DNA of 32,000 bases, taken from the NCBI RefSeq assembly GCF_001598795.1, contig NZ_BCZP01000007.1, positions 280,734 to 312,733 on the forward strand, in the 5' to 3' direction. The notes beneath the pieces were generated by a model. It did no database searches. It saw nothing but the letters and a program-made list of their open reading frames with translations, and was not told the DNA's origin. Position numbers and translations under genes: made by a program. Shown in pieces: positions 25,443 to 32,000 of the stretch (its first letter is position 1; every line of letters starts with the position of its first letter). The DNA comes from Delftia acidovorans NBRC 14950. GTDB lineage: Bacteria; Pseudomonadota; Gammaproteobacteria; Burkholderiales; Burkholderiaceae_C.

Positions 25443-26833
25443 TGACCACCGCAAGCATTGCCGCCGACGCAGCCGTCGCGGATTCCACGGCCACCCAGGC
25501 CAGCCAGGCCACACAGCAGACCGCCGCCAACGCCTCGGCCTTGCGCTTCATCACCTGCGGCTCCGTCGATGACGGCAAGAGCACGCTGATCGGCCGCCTA
25601 CTGGTGGACACGCGCGCCGTGCTGCAGGACCAGCTGGCCGGCGTCACCAAGAGCGGCGAGACCGACCTGGCGCTGCTGACCGACGGCCTGTCGGCCGAGC
25701 GCGAGCAGGGCATCACCATCGACGTGGCCTACCGCTACTTCGCCACCGAAAGCCGCAAGTTCATCATCGGCGACGCGCCGGGCCATGAGCAGTACACGCG
25801 CAACATGGTCACCGCCGCCAGCAGCGCCGACGCCGCCGTGGTGCTGGTCGATGCCACCAAGCTCGACTGGAAGAACCCGCAGCTCACCCTGCTGCCGCAG
25901 ACGCGCCGCCACAGCCTGCTGGCCCACCTGCTGCGCGTGCATTCGCTGGTGTTTGCCGTCAACAAGCTCGACGCCGTCGAAGACCCGCAACAGGCCTTCG
26001 TCCACATCCGCGGCGCGCTGGAGCGCTTCACGGCCGAGGCCGGCATCGCCTCTGCGGCCACCGTGCCTGTGTCGGCCCTCAAGGGCTTCAATGTGGTCAA
26101 CGCCGAGCCCGGCTGGGCCGGCTACGACGGCCCCAGCCTGCTGCAACTGCTGGAGCAGTTGCCCAACACGCCGACCGACACCGGCCTGGCGCTGGCCTTC
26201 CCGGTGCAGTGGGTGGAGAAATTCTCGTCCTCGGCCGATACCAGCCAGGGCCGCCGCGTGTTCTGGGGCCGCGTGGCCGCAGGCCGCGCACGCGTGGGCG
26301 ACGCCGTGCAGATCCTGCCCAGCGGCCAGCAGGCCGTGATTGCCCAGGTGCTGGACCATGCCCGCGTTCCCGGCTCCATCGACGCAGGCCTGTCGGCCGG
26401 CATCACGCTGGACCGCGAAGTCGATGTCTCGCGCGGCGACTGGCTCGTCGCAGCCCCTGCGGCTGCAGCGGCCGCTGCCGATGACGACTTCGACGCCCCG
26501 CAAGCGCAGCCCGCATGGCCCAGCAAGCGCGAGTTGACTGCCACGGTGGCCTGGATGGACGAGCAGCCGCTGGTCCCCGGCCGCACCTACCTGGCGCTGC
26601 ACGGCCACCGCTGGATCAAGGCCAAGGCCCGCCGCGTGGTGCACCGCCTGAACATCCACACGCTGGCCCAGGAAGAGGCCACCCAGCTGGAGCCCAACGC
26701 CATCGGCCGCGTGGAGCTGCTGCTGCAGGAAAGCATTCCCGCAGCGCCCTTCGCCCAGGCCCGCCAGTTGGGTGCGCTGATCCTTGTGGACACGGCCAGC
26801 CACGCTACAGCAGGCGCTGCACTGCTGGATTGA
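25442..26833 (+). CDS. cysN: Sulfate adenylyltransferase subunit 1 (GTPase), without a fused APS-kinase domain
   Basis: ATG overlaps the cysD stop (TGATG). G-motifs GSVDDGKST, DAPGH and NKLD are present. At 463 aa it is too short to include CysC. The N-terminus is low-complexity (about 30 aa). Confidence 0.9.
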   Translation: MTTASIAADAAVADSTATQASQATQQTAANASALRFITCGSVDDGKSTLIGRLLVDTRAVLQDQLAGVTKSGETDLALLTDGLSAEREQGITIDVAYRYFATESRKFIIGDAPGHEQYTRNMVTAASSADAAVVLVDATKLDWKNPQLTLLPQTRRHSLLAHLLRVHSLVFAVNKLDAVEDPQQAFVHIRGALERFTAEAGIASAATVPVSALKGFNVVNAEPGWAGYDGPSLLQLLEQLPNTPTDTGLALAFPVQWVEKFSSSADTSQGRRVFWGRVAAGRARVGDAVQILPSGQQAVIAQVLDHARVPGSIDAGLSAGITLDREVDVSRGDWLVAAPAAAAAAADDDFDAPQAQPAWPSKRELTATVAWMDEQPLVPGRTYLALHGHRWIKAKARRVVHRLNIHTLAQEEATQLEPNAIGRVELLLQESIPAAPFAQARQLGALILVDTASHATAGAALLD

Positions 26834-26855
26834 GCAACTGGACAGTCCCGCTTCG

Positions 26856-26877
26856 CGAGCCGGCACATGCCGGCTCG
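26856..26877 (+). terminator. Hairpin terminator after cysN
   Basis: CGAGCCGGCA pairs with TGCCGGCTCG (10-bp arms, minimal loop), followed by TGGGCTTTCGG. Confidence 0.5.
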
Positions 26878-26997
26878 TGGGCTTTCGGAAAACCGCAGCA
26901 GTCCGCGCCAGAATCCTTGCCATGTGCGGGACTGGCTCCTGAAAAATTTTAGAATCCCGGGTTGATACCGACATTCACACTGCCATAAAAGACTCCC

Positions 26998-27327
26998 ATG
27001 ACTCACGTCGTCACCGAAAACTGCATCAAGTGCAAATACACAGATTGTGTGGATGTCTGCCCCGTGGACTGCTTCCGCGAAGGCCCCAACTTCCTCGTGA
27101 TCGATCCTGACGAGTGCATCGACTGCGCCGTGTGCATTCCCGAATGCCCGGCCAATGCCATCTTTGCCGAGGAAGACGTCCCCGCCGACCAACTGGCCTT
27201 CATCAAGCTCAATGCCGAGCTGTCGCTGGAAAAGGGCTGGAAGAGCATCACCAAGCGCAAGGCCTCGCTGCCCGACGCCGACGACTGGAACGGCAAGCCC
27301 GGCAAGCTGGACCAGCTCGAACGCTGA
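26998..27327 (+). CDS. fdxA: 7Fe ferredoxin ([3Fe-4S][4Fe-4S], Azotobacter FdxA type), 109 aa
   Basis: [56 protein letters not shown] is near-invariant FdxA sequence. A TAGAAT -10-like element lies at 26950-26955. Confidence 0.95.
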   Translation: MTHVVTENCIKCKYTDCVDVCPVDCFREGPNFLVIDPDECIDCAVCIPECPANAIFAEEDVPADQLAFIKLNAELSLEKGWKSITKRKASLPDADDWNGKPGKLDQLER

Positions 27328-27340
27328 AGCCGCGCAGCCC

Positions 27341-28393
27341 ATGCAAGACACCTCCGGCACGCAACCGATCCAGACCGATGCCCTCGTCATAGGCGCGGGC
27401 CCGGCGGGCCTGTTCCAGGTGTTTCAGCTGGGGCTGCAAGGCATTCGCTGCCATGTCGTCGATGCCCTGCCCCATGTGGGCGGGCAGTGCGCGCAGCTGT
27501 ACGGCGACAAGCCCATCTACGACATTCCCGGCATTCCGGTATGCACGGGCCATGAACTGGTCCAGCTGCTGCAGCGGCAGGTCGCGCCCATGGACGCGCA
27601 ACTGCACCTTTCCCAGCAGGTCTCCCAGCTGCAGCGCATGGACGATGGCCGCTGGCTGGCGCAGACCTCGCAAGGCCTTGAACTGAACGCGCGCAGCGTC
27701 TTCATTGCGGCTGGCGTGGGTGCCTTTGTGCCCAAGGCGCTGAAGGTGCCCGGCGTGGAGCTGCTGGCTGCAGGCCAGCTTCACTACCATCCTGCCGATC
27801 TGGAAATGGTGCGCGGCCAGACCGCCATCGTCCACGGTGGCGACGAAGAGGCCGTGGCCGCGGCCATTGCCTGCGCCGACAGGGCCCAGGCCACCTATCT
27901 GCTCTACCGCCGCGACGCCTTCCAGGCTTCGGCCGCACTGCTGGAGCGCCTGCAGGAACTGCGCGACAGCGGCGCCATCCGCGTGGTGATCGGCCAGATC
28001 ACGCAACTGCTTGCCGATGCAGGCCAACTGCGCGCCGTTCAATGGATGGACGGCGAAGGCCAGGAGCACGAACTGGCAGCACAGCAACTGGTCGTCTGCC
28101 TGGGCATCTCCCCCCGCCTGGGCCCGGTCGCCGAATGGGGCCTGGCCATGGAGCGCAAGCAGTTGCTTGTGAACCCCGCAACCCAGGCCACCGATGCGCC
28201 AGGCATCTATGCGATTGGCGACATCGTCAGCTACCCGGGCAAGCACAAGCTGATCCTGTGCGGCTTCCATGAAGCCACCATGGCGGCCTTTGCCGCCGCC
28301 GAGTATCTGCAGGGCGAAAAACCGCTGCTGCAGTACACGACGACCAGCGCACGGCTGCACGCCATCCTCGGCGTTTCCCACCCGCAGGCATGA
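27341..28393 (+). CDS. Thioredoxin-reductase-like ferredoxin-NADP(+) reductase (type 2 FNR), 350 aa
   Basis: [54 protein letters not shown] and [25 protein letters not shown] parallel YumC-type FNRs. Confidence 0.85.
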   Translation: MQDTSGTQPIQTDALVIGAGPAGLFQVFQLGLQGIRCHVVDALPHVGGQCAQLYGDKPIYDIPGIPVCTGHELVQLLQRQVAPMDAQLHLSQQVSQLQRMDDGRWLAQTSQGLELNARSVFIAAGVGAFVPKALKVPGVELLAAGQLHYHPADLEMVRGQTAIVHGGDEEAVAAAIACADRAQATYLLYRRDAFQASAALLERLQELRDSGAIRVVIGQITQLLADAGQLRAVQWMDGEGQEHELAAQQLVVCLGISPRLGPVAEWGLAMERKQLLVNPATQATDAPGIYAIGDIVSYPGKHKLILCGFHEATMAAFAAAEYLQGEKPLLQYTTTSARLHAILGVSHPQA

Positions 28394-28465
28394 TTCCTCG
28401 CGGCCGCACCCCGGCGGCCCTACAGTTTGGCGCGGCAGTGTCGATAGAGTTGGCAGCGTCCACTC

Positions 28466-28753
28466 ATGCACATCAAGCCTATGGTTGCCACACTCGAAGC
28501 CCCTCCCAGCACCGCGATCGCGCCACCGGCCGATCCGCGCAGCTTCACCTTCCAGATGCCGCTGTTTCGCCCCGGCACGCATGTCACGCAAAACGGCAAA
28601 GCCGAGAAGGTCAGCCACGTGATACTGCGTCGCCGCGAACTGATGGTCTACCTGGTCGGCCATGAAGACCCCGTCAGGCCTGAACGGCTGAGCATCACGC
28701 CTTCGATGTTCACCACACAGCGGCGCCCTGAAGCCCTGAGCTGGATCCTTTGA
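28466..28753 (+). CDS. Hypothetical protein (95 aa)
   Basis: ATG-to-TGA ORF with GC3-rich codons, followed 3 nt later by a strong hairpin. No family recognised and no obvious SD. Confidence 0.45.
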   Translation: MHIKPMVATLEAPPSTAIAPPADPRSFTFQMPLFRPGTHVTQNGKAEKVSHVILRRRELMVYLVGHEDPVRPERLSITPSMFTTQRRPEALSWIL

Positions 28754-28755
28754 AA

Positions 28756-28779
28756 GAAACCGGGCCTGGGCCCGGTTTC
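28756..28779. terminator. Bidirectional hairpin between the convergent hypothetical ORF and psd
   Basis: GAAACCGGGCC pairs with GGCCCGGTTTC (11-nt arms), with A/T-rich flanks within the arms. Confidence 0.6.
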
Positions 28780-28798
28780 ATCGATCATCCATCCAGGC

Positions 28799-29653
28799 TC
28801 AGGCCTCGTTGCGCCCTGCCATCTTCTGGCCCAGGCGCACGGGCGCAGCATGCGTCCACTGCCCGTTGAAGCGAAGCCCTGCCGATGCGGGAAACAGCAT
28901 GACGACGGTGGAGCCCAGCTGGAAGCGCCCCATTTCCTCGCCCTGGCCCAGGACGATGGACTGGTCGTCATAGCGCCAGTCCTGGATGCGTCCGGGACGG
29001 GGCGGATTGACGATGCCGTGCCACACCGTTCCCATGCTGCCCACGATGGTGGCGCCCACCAGCACCAGCACCATGGGGCCATGGTCAGTATCGAAAACGC
29101 AGACCACGCGCTCGTTGCGCGCAAACAGGCCCGGCACGCCGCGCGCCGTGACCGGGTTGACCGAGAACAGTTCGCCCGGCACATAGATCATGCGCCGCAG
29201 CCGGCCTGCACAGGGCATGTGGATGCGGTGGTAGTCGCGCGGGCTCAGGTAAATGGTGGCGAAATGCCCGTTGTCGAACTGCCGCGCCAACTGCGCATCG
29301 CCGCCAACCAGCGCCGTGGCGCTGTAGCTGTGCCCCTTGGCCTGGAAGATCTGCTCGCCCTCGATGGCGCCGATCTGGCTGATGGCCCCATCCACCGGAC
29401 AGACCCAGTCGGCCGAAGCCAGCGGCCGCACACCGGGCTTGAGCGCCCGCGTGAAGAACTCGTTGAAGCTGGCATAGGCCGCAGGATCGGAATCGGCCGC
29501 CTCCGACATGTCCACGCCATAGCGTGCAATGAAGCGCCGGATGACTGCCGTGGTCAGGTCGCCAGCACGCGCCTGGGCCAGGCGCCCCATGACGGCAGTC
29601 AGCGCCTGCTTGGGCAAAAGATACTGGGAGAGAACGGCAAGTCGATCAGACAT
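28799..29653 (-). CDS. psd: Phosphatidylserine decarboxylase proenzyme (284 aa)
   Basis: ATG 29653 (MSDRLAVLSQYLLPKQALT). It carries FFTRALKPGVRP, YLSPRDYHRIHMP and the self-cleavage site FQLGSTVV. Confidence 0.95.
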   Translation of the reverse strand: MSDRLAVLSQYLLPKQALTAVMGRLAQARAGDLTTAVIRRFIARYGVDMSEAADSDPAAYASFNEFFTRALKPGVRPLASADWVCPVDGAISQIGAIEGEQIFQAKGHSYSATALVGGDAQLARQFDNGHFATIYLSPRDYHRIHMPCAGRLRRMIYVPGELFSVNPVTARGVPGLFARNERVVCVFDTDHGPMVLVLVGATIVGSMGTVWHGIVNPPRPGRIQDWRYDDQSIVLGQGEEMGRFQLGSTVVMLFPASAGLRFNGQWTHAAPVRLGQKMAGRNEA

Positions 29654-29691
29654 CGAGGTTTTGCTATGAAAGTAATAGAAGTTGTGGGCGG

Positions 29692-29697
29692 ATTCTA
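29692..29697 (-). promoter_or_regulatory. Candidate -10 element (TAGAAT on the minus strand) for psd
   Basis: The minus strand reads GGCTAGAATCCGCC about 39-44 nt upstream of the psd ATG. No convincing -35 was found. Confidence 0.3.
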
Positions 29698-30103
29698 GCC
29701 AACCCACACCCCTCGCCCTCAACTCCTCCCGCCGCTTTCAGCACTTGTCACGCCCGCCTTGAAGCCAAGCGCACGCTTTCCGGAGGCCGCGAATGAAACG
29801 CAGATGACAAAGACAGCACCGTTCCAGCAAAAATCCAACCTGTGTTTTGCGTGCGACGGCCGCATTGGGCCGCGCACGCGCGGGAATGCAACGCTGTAGA
29901 ATTGGGAGGTTTAGCTGTTGCCGGGCTTTGCCTTTGCGACACCATTGTGACCTGGCCTTCCGTTCGGTCTGCGCCTCTTGCGCAGAACATCCACTGCTTT
30001 TTCAGCCTCGGCCCACGTACCCCATGTTCTGTGGGCCAGGCAAGGCCTTCGTGGTTCCGACAAGTGAGTGCCGCAACCGACCCAGACCTGAGAGATTGAA
30101 CAC

Positions 30104-30352
30104 ATGGCCAAAGAAGAACTGATTGAAATGCAGGGTTCCGTCACGGAAGTCCTGCCTGACTCTCGCTTTCGTGTGACGCTGGAAAACGGACACCAGCTGA
30201 TCGCCTACACCGGCGGCAAGATGCGCAAGCACCACATCCGCATCCTGGCTGGCGACAAGGTGTCGCTGGAGATGTCGCCCTACGACCTGACCAAGGGCCG
30301 CATCACCTTCCGCCACCTGGCCAACCGCGGCCCGGGACCTGGCTCGCGTTGA
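30104..30352 (+). CDS. infA: Translation initiation factor IF-1 paralogue with a short C-terminal extension (82 aa)
   Basis: [71 protein letters not shown] is canonical IF-1 (S1 fold). The tail [11 protein letters not shown] is extra. Confidence 0.9.
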   Translation: MAKEELIEMQGSVTEVLPDSRFRVTLENGHQLIAYTGGKMRKHHIRILAGDKVSLEMSPYDLTKGRITFRHLANRGPGPGSR

Positions 30353-30412
30353 GCAAAAAATTCGCCCATTGCGAAAATACCCATTTTTTTGACGCTACAA
30401 TAGCGTTTTAGT

Positions 30413-30489
30413 CGGAGCGTAGCGCAGCCTGGTAGCGCATCTGCTTTGGGAGCAGAGGGTCGCGAGTTCGAATCCCGCCGCTCCGACCA
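30413..30489 (+). tRNA. tRNA-Pro, anticodon UGG (77 nt, encoded CCA)
   Basis: Folded by hand. Acceptor CGGAGCG/CGCTCCG and D arm GCGC-AGCCTGGTA-GCGC. Anticodon arm TCTGC-TTTGGGA-GCAGA and variable loop GGGTC. T arm GCGAG-TTCGAAT-CCCGC (one A:C mismatch), then A-CCA. Confidence 0.93.
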
Positions 30490-30496
30490 ATGAATC

Positions 30497-30530
30497 AAGG
30501 GGTTAGCTCGAAAGGGCTAACCCCTTTCTT
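30497..30530 (+). terminator. Terminator hairpin after tRNA-Pro
   Basis: AAGGGGTTAGC (30497-30507) pairs with GCTAACCCCTT (30516-30526) around an 8-nt loop, then TCTT. Confidence 0.6.
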
Positions 30531-30557
30531 CTAACCAAATTCAGGGTCTTCTAACCA
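30527..30557 (+). repeat. Perfect 11-nt direct repeat TCTTCTAACCA x2, 20 nt apart
   Basis: Copies at 30527-30537 and 30547-30557, read directly, immediately 3' of the tRNA-Pro terminator. Confidence 0.7.
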
Positions 30558-30573
30558 GAAGCCGCAAAAAGAC

Positions 30574-30616
30574 AAAGCCCCCTCGGCGCCATGACGGCTA
30601 CTGAGGGGGCTTTTTT
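30574..30616. terminator. Bidirectional rho-independent terminator
   Basis: AAAGCCCCCTC ... GAGGGGGCTTT, with TTTTTT on the plus strand (30611-30616) and TTTGTCTTTTT on the minus strand. The loop is long (about 18 nt) with an internal GCC/GGC pairing. Confidence 0.65.
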
Positions 30617-30684
30617 GCGTTCTGTGGCGCCTGCATTCGCCCTGGAAAAATCAACATCGCCCAGGGCGGGCCGACGCCCTACCC

Positions 30685-31008
30685 CTAGGCCTTCAGCTCG
30701 GCCAGTTGCTCTGCCGGCAGCAGCGCCTTCTCATCGGGCTTCTCCGTACCCGATCTGAGCACACCCAGCGGCGGCAGCTTGATCAGCGCATCAGCCTGGA
30801 TGATCTTGCCAGGCAGCCAGGCATCCCAGTCGGCGGGCTCCAGCATCACCACTCCCCTCTTCTCCATTCCCGGTCTGTGCATCATCGACAGCACTGGATG
30901 CTCGTCCGCCGGATGGGTGACCATGGTGTAGTTGGGCACCAGCTCGCCCGTCTCGGTGTCCATCCATTCGCTGTAGAGCCCGGCCAGGGCGGCTGGCTCA
31001 CCGTCTGC
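30685..31008 (-). pseudogene. 3' remnant of an SOS-response-associated peptidase (SRAP/YedK, DUF159)-like gene; the 5' half is missing
   Basis: Minus-strand translation ..DGEPAALAGLYSEWMDTETGELVPNYTMVTHPADEHPVLSMMHRP..RGVVMLEPADWDAWL follows the C-terminal SRAP pattern (G.P..AGLW..W.D..TGE...FTIIT..A....IH.RMPVIL....WL). Upstream of about 31008 the frame becomes Ser/Cys/Ala junk and hits a stop at 31108-31110. Confidence 0.5.
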
Positions 31009-31009
31009 G

Positions 31010-31290
31010 CGACTGCTGCAGGCGCTGGAGCAGCACCTGCCTGGCGCAGTGGAGGTCGAAGGCGCGGCCTCGGGTCTGCATGCTGCGGACTGGGTGCTGC
31101 CGGTGCACTAGCGCGACGAGGCCTCGCTGGTGCGACAGGCCTGGGCGCAGGGCGCGGGTGTACGGCCCACCTCGCCGCTGTACGCGGCAGGCGATGCTGC
31201 CGGCGCCTTCCTTGCGCCAGCCTGGTGCTGGGCTATGTCAGCCTGGAGTCCGAGGCCATAAAGGAGGGCGTGCGCCGGCTGGCGCGGTGT
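31010..31290 (+). pseudogene. 3' remnant of a MocR/PdxR-type (GntR-aminotransferase fusion) regulator gene with an in-frame stop and a frameshift
   Basis: The plus frame reads RLLQALEQHLPGAVEVEGAASGLHAADWVLPVH, then a TAG (31109-31111), then RDEASLVRQAWAQGAGV.P.SPLY. After a frame change it reads LVLGYVSLESEAIKEGVRRLA, the typical C-terminal block of MocR-family proteins. No N-terminal part is present. Confidence 0.5.
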
Positions 31291-31368
31291 ACAACTGGCC
31301 AGCCGGGCCGGCGCCGCGAAAAAACCTGTGATTCCGGCCTTTCCGGGCGGGCCCTGAGAAGCCTGAGC

Positions 31369-32000
31369 TCAGGTCGCGCTGCAGAGGATCAGGGTGGAAG
31401 ACACGCTGCCTGCAGCCTTTGCTCCGGTGGCGGTATAGCCGTCAGGCAGCGATGTCACGCCATTGAGGGTGAACGCGACGCTGATGGACAGAGTTGTCCT
31501 GAAGGCAATCGTGGCTCCGGCCGGCAGCGCCGCAGTTAGGGTGATCAGGCGTGAGGTCCCCGAGAGCACCGACACGGAGGCCGTTCCGCCTGTCACGCTG
31601 AATACGCCGATGTTGGCTACTCCCGACCCTGTGACGGTCACGGTCGTGCCGATGGGAAGCGGCTCAGAGGGACCTGCAGTGAGAGTGAAGCCCGGGCCCT
31701 GGACACCCATCACGCCGCAAGTGCCGTTGATGTGATGGGCGCCGACTTCGATGTCGGTGTTGCCCGTCACAGTGACCGACATGCTTGCCGTGTTGGTGTT
31801 GTCTCCCTGGATAGTGACCTGGGTCGGCCCTTCCTGAACTGCAGCCTCCAGCGTGATGGTGCAATTGGCCAGCGGCGCCAGCGAAGCGGCGCAGGTGGTG
31901 GAAGCCACCGTGATACCGCTGCCTCCGGGAATGCTGGCCTGCACATTGAGCGCAGGTGCCCCACCGTTGTTGGTGATCGTCACCGGGAACGTGCTGCCCA
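31369..32000 (-). CDS. C-terminal part of a large secreted/surface protein built of Ig-like (beta-sandwich) repeats; it continues beyond the right window edge
   Basis: The frame is open from 32000 (..GSTFPVTITNNGGAPALNV..). ITNNGGAPALNVQASIPGGSGITVASTTCAASLAPLANCTITL fits the xVTNxGxxxLxV....C...LAPGxSCTV repeat theme seen in DUF11 / choice-of-anchor-type domains. The composition is Thr/Gly/Ser/Val-rich. Confidence 0.65.
   Translation of the reverse strand, partial: GSTFPVTITNNGGAPALNVQASIPGGSGITVASTTCAASLAPLANCTITLEAAVQEGPTQVTIQGDNTNTASMSVTVTGNTDIEVGAHHINGTCGVMGVQGPGFTLTAGPSEPLPIGTTVTVTGSGVANIGVFSVTGGTASVSVLSGTSRLITLTAALPAGATIAFRTTLSISVAFTLNGVTSLPDGYTATGAKAAGSVSSTLILCSAT

Noticed and set aside
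29723-30103. ORFs 29748..29990 (-), 29842..30099 (+), 29847..30122 (+) in the psd/infA spacer
   Set aside because: They are short, mutually overlapping and Arg/Cys/Ala-rich, without SD or homology features. The region is better explained as promoters plus the infA leader.
30706-31539. 277-aa plus-strand ORF
   Set aside because: It is a chimeric open frame. It runs antisense through the SRAP remnant, picks up the last block of the MocR remnant, and continues antisense into the surface-protein gene. It is not a real gene.
30490-32000. Integrated mobile element or prophage at tRNA-Pro
   Set aside because: No integrase, transposase, phage or conjugation gene is visible in the 1.5 kb available, and the direct repeats do not include the tRNA 3' end. 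It is reported only as a low-confidence boundary hypothesis.

Overview
High-GC chromosomal segment whose gene content suggests a Burkholderiales/Comamonadaceae-type betaproteobacterium (inference only, no search was possible). About 30 genes are supported, mostly core or semi-core metabolism dominated by sulfur acquisition. On the minus strand (3.5-10.3 kb) lie sbp, two ssuA paralogues and ssuD-ssuC-ssuB-ssuF. On the plus strand (21.5-28.4 kb) lie cysI-DUF934-cysH-cysD-cysN, then a 7Fe ferredoxin and a TrxR-like ferredoxin-NADP reductase. Other content: partial rlmD, a GbsR/MarR regulator-SDR-DoxX-DUF2269 operon with a duplicated AT-rich operator-like motif, yggX, a UPF0126/TRIC channel, mnmC, psd, an infA paralogue and tRNA-Pro(UGG). 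Right of the tRNA are two decayed gene remnants and the 3' part of a large repeat-domain secreted protein. The most unusual element is a tightly packed six-gene operon at 13.7-20.2 kb. It encodes a TonB-dependent receptor, a TupA-fold lipoprotein, DUF2478, a chelate-type binding protein, a FecCD permease and an ATPase. Its promoter region carries a sequence closely resembling the E. coli ModE (molybdate) operator. I propose it as a candidate uncharacterised Mo/W or metal-chelate uptake system, as a hypothesis only. No CRISPR array, IS element, transposase, integrase, or recognisable defence or toxin-antitoxin genes were seen. Many long ORFs in the track are GC-driven antisense or out-of-frame artefacts. 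All family assignments rest on motif recognition by eye. Start codons were checked against the sequence, but several remain uncertain.
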